From: Acidimicrobiales bacterium | Lineage (GTDB): Bacteria; Actinomycetota; Acidimicrobiia; Acidimicrobiales; RAAP-2 | Direction of reading: 5' to 3' | Length of the DNA stretch: 51,870 nucleotides | Assembly: GCA_036521235.1 (NCBI GenBank) | Contig: DATDIE010000306.1 | Location: 1-51,870 of the forward strand | In this document: in pieces, positions 18,998 to 27,504 of the stretch | Layout: each line of letters begins with the position of its first letter | How positions within the stretch are numbered: the stretch's first letter is position 1 | Notes under the pieces: model-generated | Told to the model about the DNA's origin: nothing | What the model saw: only the letters and a program-made list of their open reading frames with translations | Database searches by the model: none | Translations under genes and position numbers: made by a program

Positions 18998-20541
18998 CCC
19001 ATCACGAGGTCCCGTACCTGACGCTGCTCATCCTCCTCCCGGCCATCGGGGCCGCCGTGCTCGGCATCCTGGGCCTGGACAAGCGGATGCCCAAGGAGCT
19101 CTCGTACGCCATCGCGCTCATCGCATCGCTCGTGACGCTCGGCTTCGCCATCGCAACCTTGGTCGTCATGAAGGTGCACGACGGCGGCTTCCAGCTGGTG
19201 TCGGACCACGACTACACCGGCAACGCGCTCGGGGTGCACTGGTCCCTCGGGGTCGACGGCATCTCGATCTTCCTGGTCCTGCTGACCGCGATCCTGTTCC
19301 CGCTCACGATCATCCTGGGGCGGAACCGCGAGAACCACCGCGCCTATTTCGCGTGGATCCTGCTGCTCGAGGCGGCGGTCATGGGGAGCTTCCTGTCGCT
19401 GGACCTTCTCGTGTTCTTCTTCATGTTCGAGCTGACGCTCGTGCCCGCGTACTTCATCATCGCCGGCTGGGGGCACCAGCGCCGGGCCTACGCCGCCATC
19501 AAGTTCTTCCTCTACACGTTTCTCGGCTCCGCCTTCCTGCTGGTCGGGATTCTGGCCCTCGCCTTCATCCACCTGTCGCAGAAGGGGTACCTCACGTTCT
19601 CGCTCGGGCCGCTGATGCAGACGCACCTGAGCGGGACCCAGGGGGTGCTGCTCTTCTTGGCCTTCACCGCGGCGTTCGCCGTGAAGGCGCCGCTGTTCCC
19701 GTTCCACACCTGGTCGCCCGACGCGTACACCGAGGCGCCCGAGGAGGGCTCGGTCGTCCTGTCGGGTGTCCTGGCGAAGCTCGGCACCTACGGCATCATC
19801 CGCTTCGACCTCAGCCTCTTCCCCCAGGCCACCCGTACCCTCGCCCCCATCCTGCTCACGCTGGCGGTCATCGGCATCGTCTACGGCGCGATCGTCGCCT
19901 GCGCGCAGCGCGACCTGAAGCGGCTCGTCACCTACTCGTCGCTGGCCCAGATCGGCTTCATCGCGCTCGGTGCGCTCGCGATCAGCACCCAGGGGCTGGC
20001 GGGCGGCGTGCTGCTGATGCTGAACCACGGGCTGATCGTGGCCGCCCTGTTCATCCTCATCGGCTTCATCTACCAGCGGCGCGGGACGTGGCAGGCCGGA
20101 GAGATGCGCGGCCTGCAGAAGGCGGCCCCGGTCCTGGCCGCCGTCTTCACCGTCGTGATGATGGCGTCGATCGGCGTCCCCGGGCTCAACGGCTTCGTCA
20201 GCGAGTTCCTGGTCCTGTCGGGCACCTTCATCACCCACCGCTGGTGGGCGGTGGTGGCGGTGCTGGGCGTGATCGTCGCCGCCATCTACCTGCTGTGGGC
20301 CTACCAGCAGGTGTTCCACGGCTCGCCGCGCGAGGCCGACGAGAAGACGCGTGACCTCGGGTGGCTGGAGCGGGCCGTGATGGCGCCGCTCATCATCCTC
20401 ATCGTGTTCCTGGGCGTCTACCCCAAGCCGGTGCTCGACCGGATCAACCCGTCGGTGAACCAGCTGATCGCGCACGTCGAGACGACGACCGGCCACGCGG
20501 AGCCCTCGGTGGCGGTCAAGGGCGTGGAGGGCGTGAAGTGA
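18994..20541 (+). CDS. nuoM: NADH-quinone oxidoreductase subunit M
   Basis: This is the C-terminal part of ORF 18628..20541. ATG 18994 overlaps the nuoL stop. The sequence FELTLVPAYFIIAGWG..KAPLFPFHTWSPDAYTEAP is NuoM-like. Confidence 0.94.
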   Translation: MTHHEVPYLTLLILLPAIGAAVLGILGLDKRMPKELSYAIALIASLVTLGFAIATLVVMKVHDGGFQLVSDHDYTGNALGVHWSLGVDGISIFLVLLTAILFPLTIILGRNRENHRAYFAWILLLEAAVMGSFLSLDLLVFFFMFELTLVPAYFIIAGWGHQRRAYAAIKFFLYTFLGSAFLLVGILALAFIHLSQKGYLTFSLGPLMQTHLSGTQGVLLFLAFTAAFAVKAPLFPFHTWSPDAYTEAPEEGSVVLSGVLAKLGTYGIIRFDLSLFPQATRTLAPILLTLAVIGIVYGAIVACAQRDLKRLVTYSSLAQIGFIALGALAISTQGLAGGVLLMLNHGLIVAALFILIGFIYQRRGTWQAGEMRGLQKAAPVLAAVFTVVMMASIGVPGLNGFVSEFLVLSGTFITHRWWAVVAVLGVIVAAIYLLWAYQQVFHGSPREADEKTRDLGWLERAVMAPLIILIVFLGVYPKPVLDRINPSVNQLIAHVETTTGHAEPSVAVKGVEGVK

Positions 20542-22307
20542 TCGCCACCCTGCTCGCGACGTCGCACGCCGCCACGGGCTCCTCTGGCGCCATCGCGGTC
20601 CCCTCGATCCGGTGGCTCGCCATCCTGCCTCCCATCATCATGATCGGCGGCGCCGTGCTGCTGCTCGGCCTGGCGTCGCTCGTCTCGAGGCCGCTACGGA
20701 CTGCGGTCTCGACCGCAGCGACCGTGGTGATCTCGGGTGGCGCGCTGGGCGTGGCCATCTGGCAGTGGACCGACGTCGCGGACCATGGCGCGCACACCTA
20801 CATCGCCCACGCGGTCGTGATGGACGGCTTCAGCGTCTTCATCATGATCCTGGTGTCCGTCGCGATGCTGCTGAGCGCGCTGGTCGCCGACGGGTACCTG
20901 CGCCGAGAGGGCATCCAAGGGGCGGAGTTCCACGTGCTGGCCATGGTCTCGGCCTCGGGCGCCATGTTGATGGCCATGGCGAACGACCTCATCATCATCT
21001 TCCTCGGCCTGGAGATCCTCTCTATCGCGCTGTACGTGCTGACGGCGTTCAACTACCGGCGGGCGTCGTCGGGCGAGGCGGCACTGAAGTACTTCATCCT
21101 GGGCGGGTTCTCCTCCGCCATCTTCGTGTACGGCATCGCGCTGACGTACGGGGCGACCGGCTCGACGAACCTGACCCAGATCTCGGACTTCCTCTCCAAG
21201 AACGTCGTGCTCTCCAACGGGCTGCTCCTCGCCGGGCTCGCCCTGTTGCTGGTTGGCTTCGCCTTCAAGGTGGCGGCGGTGCCGTTCCACATGTGGACGC
21301 CCGACGTGTACCAGGGGGCGCCCTCGCCGGTGACCGGGTTCATGGCGGCGGTGGCCAAGGCGGGCGCCTTCGCGGCGATGTTGCGCGTGCTCTTCTCGTC
21401 GATGGGCGTGGTGTCGAGCGACTGGCGCCCGATCATCTACGGCCTGGCCGTGCTGTCCTTGGTGCTCGGCTCCTTCGTGGCGCTGCGGCAGCGGGACGTG
21501 AAGCGGATGCTGGCGTACTCGTCGATCAACCACGCCGGGTTCATCCTCCTAGGCGTCGTGACCGACACCGCCCGGGGTGCCAGCGCGGCGCTCTACTACC
21601 TCTTCGCCTACATGCTGATGACGATCGGCAGCTTCGCCGTCGTGACGTACCTCGGCCGCACCGGCGACGGCGACCACGACATCTCCCGCTACCGGGGCCT
21701 GGCGGGACGCCAACCGGTGCTCGCGCTCGCGTTCGCGGTGCTGTTGCTCGCCCAGGCAGGCGCACCGTTCACGACGGGGTTGTGGGCGAAGGTGGAGGTC
21801 GTCTTCGCGGCGATCGACGTCGGCTACTACCCGCTGGGCGTGATCGCCATGGTGACGGCCGTCGTGGCGGCCTACTTCTACCTCCGCGTGGCCGTGCTCA
21901 TGTACGCCGGCGGCGGCCTGGGCGAGCCCGAGGGCGGGACCAGCGGCTCGGCGGAGCTCGACATCGACGAGTCGATGGTGGGCGGTGGCCTGATCACCGC
22001 GGCGGCACCGCCGGAGATCCCCGACGCGGGCGTGGCGGTCCCCGAGGCCGAGCGGCCGACGGGCGGTGGCGGTCTCGCCTGGGCCACGCCGGGGTCGGTC
22101 GGCGGCGCAGTGACGACGCTCAACGAGCAGATCCTGCTGGGCGACGAGCTCGAGGACGAGGACACCGCACCCGAGCCGGTCAAGGTGCCGGCGCTCGGCG
22201 CCCTGGCCATCGGGATCTGCACCGGCGTCACCGTGCTCTTCGGCGTGTGGCCGCAGCCACTCATCGACTTCGCCAACCACGCCACGCTGCTCTTCCTGCC
22301 CAAGTAG
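20538..22307 (+). CDS. nuoN: NADH-quinone oxidoreductase subunit N, with an acidic/Gly-rich insertion before the last helix
   Basis: This is the C-terminal part of ORF 20361..22307. GTG 20538 overlaps the nuoM stop. The sequence FLGLEILSIALYVL..FKVAAVPFHMWTPDVYQGAPSPVTGFM is NuoN-like. Confidence 0.92.
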   Translation: MIATLLATSHAATGSSGAIAVPSIRWLAILPPIIMIGGAVLLLGLASLVSRPLRTAVSTAATVVISGGALGVAIWQWTDVADHGAHTYIAHAVVMDGFSVFIMILVSVAMLLSALVADGYLRREGIQGAEFHVLAMVSASGAMLMAMANDLIIIFLGLEILSIALYVLTAFNYRRASSGEAALKYFILGGFSSAIFVYGIALTYGATGSTNLTQISDFLSKNVVLSNGLLLAGLALLLVGFAFKVAAVPFHMWTPDVYQGAPSPVTGFMAAVAKAGAFAAMLRVLFSSMGVVSSDWRPIIYGLAVLSLVLGSFVALRQRDVKRMLAYSSINHAGFILLGVVTDTARGASAALYYLFAYMLMTIGSFAVVTYLGRTGDGDHDISRYRGLAGRQPVLALAFAVLLLAQAGAPFTTGLWAKVEVVFAAIDVGYYPLGVIAMVTAVVAAYFYLRVAVLMYAGGGLGEPEGGTSGSAELDIDESMVGGGLITAAAPPEIPDAGVAVPEAERPTGGGGLAWATPGSVGGAVTTLNEQILLGDELEDEDTAPEPVKVPALGALAIGICTGVTVLFGVWPQPLIDFANHATLLFLPK

Positions 22308-22440
22308 GCCGACGCACCCCACCCGGCGGCTATGGCCGTGTGACGTGGGAGCCGGGCGACGGCCCGGATCGGTCCCGAGCGGCGGGGCGCCGCCCTGCCG
22401 GTCCGTCGTAAGCTAGGGGCTCGCAAGCGGTTTTCCTCAG

Positions 22441-23274
22441 GTGGGAACCGCCGGATACCCGGTGGACGAGGAACGGATCGAGATGAACCAGGGACTGCCC
22501 GGGCACGAGCCCGGCGACGCGGCGGCAACGGACGAATCAGGTCTCGCTGAACGCCTGATCCGCGACGAGTTCTCGGATCCCGCGCCCGCCCAGCGTGCCC
22601 GCTCCCACCGCGAGGCGAAGCACGCGGTGGCGGCCGAGACGTCTTCGGTGGCCCAAGCGGACGGAGCCGGGGCGGACCCCGGCGCCCATACCGGCACGGA
22701 CGACGCCGCCGGGGCGCTCTGGGACGAGACGGCGAAGGTCCGCGTGGTGGAGGTGGGGCCACCGGCCGCCGACGACACGATCGTGCTCGCTGCTCCGATC
22801 ATCCACGAGGAGTTCACCCAGCCGAAGCGCGCGCCGAAATCGCGGTCCCACCGGGCGGGCATGCTGGCCGGCCTCGGCGTCGTCGGCGTCCTGCTCGTCG
22901 TGCTCGTCGTGTTCGCGCCGGGCGGGTCGAAGCCGCGACTTCCGGCACAGAGCGTGCACGACGTGAGCCCGATCTCCGCCAGCGGCCCCAAGACCGCGGC
23001 GGCCACCACGCCGACGACCGCCGTGGCGACCACTACGCCTCCGGCGCCCGCGAGCACGACGACGACTCCACCGAAGCCGGGCGGGACGATCACGACGTAC
23101 ATCAGCTACACCGAGGTGCCGGGCTCGACGACGCCGGCGCAGACCGTGACGCCCGCAACCACAGCGTCGGCACCCCCGCCGACCACCGCGCCGCCGCAGA
23201 CAACGACGACCACGACGCCGCCGCCGACGACCACCACACCGACGACGCACTGCCTCCTGATCTTCTGCAGCTGA
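22441..23274 (+). CDS. Hypothetical single-pass membrane protein with a Thr/Pro-rich C-terminal region
   Basis: It has an acidic N-terminal region of about 130 aa and one hydrophobic helix (MLAGLGVVGVLLVVLVVFA). A T/P-rich tail then ends in HCLLIFCS. GC3 bias supports coding. The start is uncertain (GTG 22441, or ATG at MNQGL). Confidence 0.55.
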   Translation: MGTAGYPVDEERIEMNQGLPGHEPGDAAATDESGLAERLIRDEFSDPAPAQRARSHREAKHAVAAETSSVAQADGAGADPGAHTGTDDAAGALWDETAKVRVVEVGPPAADDTIVLAAPIIHEEFTQPKRAPKSRSHRAGMLAGLGVVGVLLVVLVVFAPGGSKPRLPAQSVHDVSPISASGPKTAAATTPTTAVATTTPPAPASTTTTPPKPGGTITTYISYTEVPGSTTPAQTVTPATTASAPPPTTAPPQTTTTTTPPPTTTTPTTHCLLIFCS

Positions 23275-23301
23275 CGGCCGCGCCTGCGCGCGGGCCGGCG
23301 G

Positions 23302-23739
23302 TTACCCCGACTGCTTCGAGAAGTCGGCGGTGCGCCACCGCTCGGGCGTCAGGCGGAACATGACGTTTGTCGGTGCGTCGCCGGCGGTCGCGGCCATGAA
23401 CGCCTCGCCGCCCTCGGGTCCGAGGTAGCGATAGGCCAAGCCACGCAGCGCCTCGGGATCGGACGGATCCTCCCCCCAGCTGACGGGGCCATCGACGCTG
23501 ACGAAGCTGTACGGCGGGATCTCGGATTGGGCGCACAACGAGCAGGTGCCGGCGGTCCGCAGGAGGCGGGCCTTCGTCGAGCCGCGACGGGTGATGAAGT
23601 CCACGGTGGCGCCCGGCTCGTAGGCGTACCAGACCGGCACGGTCAGCGGGGCGTGCCCTGGATCGTCGACCCCGAGGATGCCCACGTGCACGCCGGCGAG
23701 GAAGGCCTCGCGTTCGCCGCGGCTCATGGTGGTCGTCAT
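23302..23739 (-). CDS. Pyridoxamine 5'-phosphate oxidase-like / F420-dependent flavin-binding family protein
   Basis: This is the C-terminal 145 aa of ORF 23302..24288. The sequence MTTTMSRGEREAFLAGVHVGILGV..PLTVPVWYAYEPG..VDFITRRGSTKARLL is PNPOx-like. The ATG at 23739 overlaps the stop of the upstream 1050-aa gene (ATGA). Confidence 0.75.
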   Translation of the reverse strand: MTTTMSRGEREAFLAGVHVGILGVDDPGHAPLTVPVWYAYEPGATVDFITRRGSTKARLLRTAGTCSLCAQSEIPPYSFVSVDGPVSWGEDPSDPEALRGLAYRYLGPEGGEAFMAATAGDAPTNVMFRLTPERWRTADFSKQSG

Positions 23740-26700
23740 TGCCCGACCGCCCGCGGCTCGGAAGCCTCGCCTGCGTGCTCGGCCGCCGTCCCGTTCTCCA
23801 CCGGCGGGCTGTCCCCGGGGCTCATGGCGGCGACGATCTCTTCGGGCACCGCGGGCCCCGCGCGCTTGGCCACGCCGGTCGTGAGCAGGCGGCCGATCAC
23901 CGGGACCTCGGTCAGCGACTCGGCCCGCATGATCTGGACCGCCACCGGGACGAACTGCTCGGCCGAGTCGAACACGATGTAGCGCGGCAGCCAGCGGGGC
24001 TCGTACTTGGCGTTGAATCGCCACAGCGTCTCGATCTGCAACACGCCCGACAGCCTTCGGATCGCCCATCGCTCCACGCGCTGGGTCACGCCGTCCCCGG
24101 ACTCGCCCTCGAGGATCGAACGCATGGCGGCGAAGTTCAGGCTGAGGCCGGTCATCCCCCTCTCCTTGAGGTGGCTGATCGTCGAGCAGAGGGCGAAGTC
24201 CAGCAGCCCGTTCGGGTGGTCGGCCGGATCGCGCCGCATGAGGTCGAGCGAGTAGCCGCCGATCGCCGGAGACGGGACGAACTGGCACATGGCCACCGGG
24301 TCCCCGTCGGGGCCCTCGACGACCGTGAGCAGCAGGTCGGAGTCCCGCGAATCGAAGAGCCGACCGAGCATCATCGAGAAGCCGCGCTCCTGCTCGCCGC
24401 GGCGGCTCTTCGCCATCAACTCGGCCATCCGGGCCGCGTCGCGCGGCTCGAGGTGGGCCGGGTCCAAGAAGCGGACGGTGTAGCCGTAGCGGGCGACCCG
24501 GTTGACCGCTTGGCGCAGGCCCTTCATCTTCCCGCCCTCGAGCGAGAAGTCACGAGGGTCCACCACGGCCTCGTCGCCGATGTAGACGAACCGCATGCCC
24601 GAGGCCTGGTACGTGGGGAGCCACTCCTCGCCGGCGCCCATCACACCGAGCCCCCAGCCGTGGCGGTCGACGTAGCGACGGAAGGCGTCCCAGACGTGCG
24701 CCCGTTCCGAGAAGGGGCCGATCGGGTCGGGAGAGACGAGGCAGACCCCGCCGAAGACGGCGTACGCGACCAAGGAATCGCGGTGGAAGAACCACTGCTT
24801 GTCGTCGCGCAACGCGAAGTAGTCGAGCGTGCCGGTCCCGTGCCGGCGCACGATGTCCCGCGCCCGCAGCTCGGCGGCGCGGCGGCTGACGGCGGAACCC
24901 GACGAGAGGCTGCGGTCGACCACCGGGCGAGTCAGCAGGTAGAGGGCCACGACGATCAGGCTGATCCCGACGGCCAGCAGGGTGATGGAGGCGTAGTGGT
25001 CGATGGTCGTCGGGAACCGGACCCACTGCACGCCGACCAGGCGCTCCGCCGAGCCAAGGAGCACGTTGGGCCAGCTGGGGAGCGGGTGGTGGTGGACGTG
25101 TCCCGCCACCTCGACACCGAGGAAGCCGCCCAGGGTGGCGAAGAGGCCGCCCACCGCGAGGATCGCGAAGGCCCCGACGAGCGTGGCCGGCTCGGTCTGG
25201 GCCCGGAACAGGTCTCGCTGGACGACCAGGAGCACGAGCACGGCGGCGCACACGAGGAGCGTCACCACGTCGGCCGCGTGCACCAGGTGCAACGCCAGCG
25301 ATGCCGTCAGTAACGCCACGGCCACCAGCCAGGAGCGGCGCTGACCCTTCAAGATGCCGCGGGACAACATGATCATCCCAATGCCGGCGATGGCCACGAG
25401 CGCGCCGGCCGCCTGTACGAGCGCGACAGGGAGGTACTGCGCGATCAGGTTCAAGTGCGCGCGGAGGGGCGCGGTGACGGCGGAAAGCAGGTCGATCGCG
25501 CCGGCTGCGAAGAGCGCCACGGCGGCGATGCGACGGATCCGGCGCACCCGGATGCGGTCCGCCGCGACGTCTGGCGCGGGTGGCCACGACGCCCCGGTCG
25601 GCCACCCGGCCTTGAGCTCGGCATGCACCTCGGCTGCCTTGTTGCGGCCCTTGACGAGCGAGTCGGCGGTCACCAGGCGCTCGCCCAAGGTCGCCGTGGG
25701 CAGCGCGGCGTCGGCCAGGATCAGACGGACGTGCAGCTCGGCCCCGGTTTCGATCTCGATGGTCGATTCCTGGCGGTGGTTGAGGAACGTCGGCGGGAGC
25801 CCGAGGCGCCCACGGTGCTCGCGCACGACCTCGGAGGTTGCACCGGGACAGGCGAAGAACCCGGTGTCGAGGTGGGTGAGCTCGGGCATGAGCGATCCGC
25901 CGGCGATGACCCCGGCGACCCCGTTTTGGACGGCGGCGCGGGTCAGGTCCAGCGCGTTCTCGTCGTCGATCTCGAGCTGTGCGTGCGCGATCGTGGCGGT
26001 GCCCGAGTCCCCGCGCGCCCACGGGGCGGGGAGGCTGCCGCCTCCGAGCGCCCGCCAGATGCCGCGTGAGGTGATGGCGACCACCACCGCCAGGACGACC
26101 AACAGGGCGACGGCGATCACCGCGGTGTCGACGACGCGGGAGAACCACGACGCGTTGTAGGCGTGCTGCAGAGCGGTCTGCTGGCGGGGGGAGCGGAACA
26201 GGTGGCCCAAGCCGTCGACGACCCACTCGATCCGCAAGAGGAGCGCAATGGCGGCGAGCGCGAGGGGCGGCGCCCACAAGAAGCGCCGCAGCCGCCGATA
26301 GAGCAGGCGAGACGTCACGAACCGGCGCGACTCGAGCGGGTCGTCCAGCCGCTCGATGCCATCCAGCCAGGGGCGGTCGTCCCGGGGGGTCGCGTCCATC
26401 GGAGCGGTGGCGTCCGGCCGCATCGACCCCGACCGCACCCACACGGTGCGGGGGCCGGATCCGGTCTCACAGTGGAGGTCGACGCCGTCCACCACGCTCA
26501 CCCCGCTGGCGCTGAGGGCGTCGACGAGCTCGGGGTCACGTCCCGACGGCGCCATCACCGCGATCACCTGGGACTCCGGGCGCGCGGCGAAGGTGCCCAA
26601 GGCACCGATGAGCTCGGAGTGACTCTCGAGGGCCCGTCGCGCGGACTCCGCCGGGCACCCGGTCGCCACGATGCGGCCGCAGATGATCACGATGCCAGGC

Positions 26701-26888
26701 CCCTGCCACTCCTCCAGACGCCGTGCGATGTCGCGGGACGCGGCGGCGGAAGAAGCAGACGGGTCCAACGGGAGCAGCAGGTCGCCGATCACCTCGACCC
26801 GGCGACCCAGGGCCACCTCGATGCGGCAGTCGGCGCGGCGCGGCAGAGGCTCGCTGCGATCTGCAGCCGTGTCGACGTCGACGTCCAT
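23736..26888 (-). CDS. Large multi-pass membrane protein with a C-terminal DUF2156 / aminoacyl-phosphatidylglycerol synthase-type domain and an atypical N-terminal half
   Basis: The C-terminal roughly 320 aa read GTGTLDYFALRDDKQWFFH..GKMKGLRQAVNRVARYGY..GFSMMLGRL..YSLDLMRR..LNFAAMR..LWRFNAKYEPRW. This region is MprF/LysX C-domain-like. Upstream are at least 6 hydrophobic helices. The N-terminus has two soluble segments split by a TM hairpin. Confidence 0.85.
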   Translation of the reverse strand: MDVDVDTAADRSEPLPRRADCRIEVALGRRVEVIGDLLLPLDPSASSAAASRDIARRLEEWQGPGIVIICGRIVATGCPAESARRALESHSELIGALGTFAARPESQVIAVMAPSGRDPELVDALSASGVSVVDGVDLHCETGSGPRTVWVRSGSMRPDATAPMDATPRDDRPWLDGIERLDDPLESRRFVTSRLLYRRLRRFLWAPPLALAAIALLLRIEWVVDGLGHLFRSPRQQTALQHAYNASWFSRVVDTAVIAVALLVVLAVVVAITSRGIWRALGGGSLPAPWARGDSGTATIAHAQLEIDDENALDLTRAAVQNGVAGVIAGGSLMPELTHLDTGFFACPGATSEVVREHRGRLGLPPTFLNHRQESTIEIETGAELHVRLILADAALPTATLGERLVTADSLVKGRNKAAEVHAELKAGWPTGASWPPAPDVAADRIRVRRIRRIAAVALFAAGAIDLLSAVTAPLRAHLNLIAQYLPVALVQAAGALVAIAGIGMIMLSRGILKGQRRSWLVAVALLTASLALHLVHAADVVTLLVCAAVLVLLVVQRDLFRAQTEPATLVGAFAILAVGGLFATLGGFLGVEVAGHVHHHPLPSWPNVLLGSAERLVGVQWVRFPTTIDHYASITLLAVGISLIVVALYLLTRPVVDRSLSSGSAVSRRAAELRARDIVRRHGTGTLDYFALRDDKQWFFHRDSLVAYAVFGGVCLVSPDPIGPFSERAHVWDAFRRYVDRHGWGLGVMGAGEEWLPTYQASGMRFVYIGDEAVVDPRDFSLEGGKMKGLRQAVNRVARYGYTVRFLDPAHLEPRDAARMAELMAKSRRGEQERGFSMMLGRLFDSRDSDLLLTVVEGPDGDPVAMCQFVPSPAIGGYSLDLMRRDPADHPNGLLDFALCSTISHLKERGMTGLSLNFAAMRSILEGESGDGVTQRVERWAIRRLSGVLQIETLWRFNAKYEPRWLPRYIVFDSAEQFVPVAVQIMRAESLTEVPVIGRLLTTGVAKRAGPAVPEEIVAAMSPGDSPPVENGTAAEHAGEASEPRAVGQ

Positions 26889-26988
26889 GCGACGTCCATC
26901 GTGTCACTTCCAGGGCCCCCGAACCCTCCTCATTGAGGCGGAGCCGCTCCGCCTGAAGATCGAAGACAGCCCGTTAAGCTGGACTTTC

Positions 26989-27504
26989 GTGCCCAGCCCG
27001 CGTCCCGACACCGACCTGACGAACTGGACCTGGCGCGAGGGGCCCAACCCTGACGTCGGACCCGCCGTGATTTTCGACATCGACGGCGTCCTGTCGGACG
27101 CGGCGGGTCGCCAGCACTTCTTGGAGCGGGGCCGGCGTGACTGGCCGGCCTTCTTCGAGGCCTGCGGAGACGACCCGGTGATCGAGGAGATCGCACGGCT
27201 CCTCGAGCTCCTCGACCCGACCCTCCACGTCATCCTGCTGACGGGGCGTCCGTTCAGAGTCAATCCGCAGACGGTTGCCTGGCTGCGACGCTACGGATTG
27301 CGCTGGGACCTTCTCGTCATGCGGTCCCGCGGGGACTACGCGCACGTGACCTCGTTCAAGCAATTAGTTGTCGACGACCTACGGGCCTACGGGTTCGACT
27401 TGCGGCTCGCGTTCGAAGACGACCCGTCGAATCACGCCATGTACGTGGCGGCGGGTGTGCCGTGCGTGTACATCCACTCCGGCTACTACGAGGACCGGAA
27501 CTGA
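26989..27504 (+). CDS. HAD-superfamily phosphatase (polynucleotide-phosphatase-like small HAD)
   Basis: This is the C-terminal part of ORF 26671..27504. It carries the HAD motifs VIFDIDGV, ILLTGR and AFEDDP. GC3 rises sharply after GTG 26989. The earlier in-frame ATG 26887 would overlap the divergent gene and uses rare codons. The start is uncertain. Confidence 0.7.
   Translation: MPSPRPDTDLTNWTWREGPNPDVGPAVIFDIDGVLSDAAGRQHFLERGRRDWPAFFEACGDDPVIEEIARLLELLDPTLHVILLTGRPFRVNPQTVAWLRRYGLRWDLLVMRSRGDYAHVTSFKQLVVDDLRAYGFDLRLAFEDDPSNHAMYVAAGVPCVYIHSGYYEDRN

Noticed and set aside
22308-22440. The 133-nt spacer after nuoN, examined for a terminator, riboswitch or small RNA.
   Set aside because: Only a weak GCGGCG-GGG-CGCCGC hairpin is present, without a U-tract. 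I recognised no conserved structured-RNA motif.
24550-26442. A 630-aa ORF on the same strand as the 1050-aa gene, in a different frame.
   Set aside because: Its translation is extremely Arg/Pro/Gly-rich. The overlapping frame (23736-26888) has coherent TM helices and a DUF2156 domain.
26937-26953. A 17-bp perfect palindrome, GGCGGAGC-C-GCTCCGCC, in the divergent intergenic region between the DUF2156 gene and the HAD gene.
   Set aside because: It could be an operator. However, a few 8-bp-arm GC-rich palindromes are expected by chance in 52 kb of this composition. No second copy and no adjacent regulator gene were seen.
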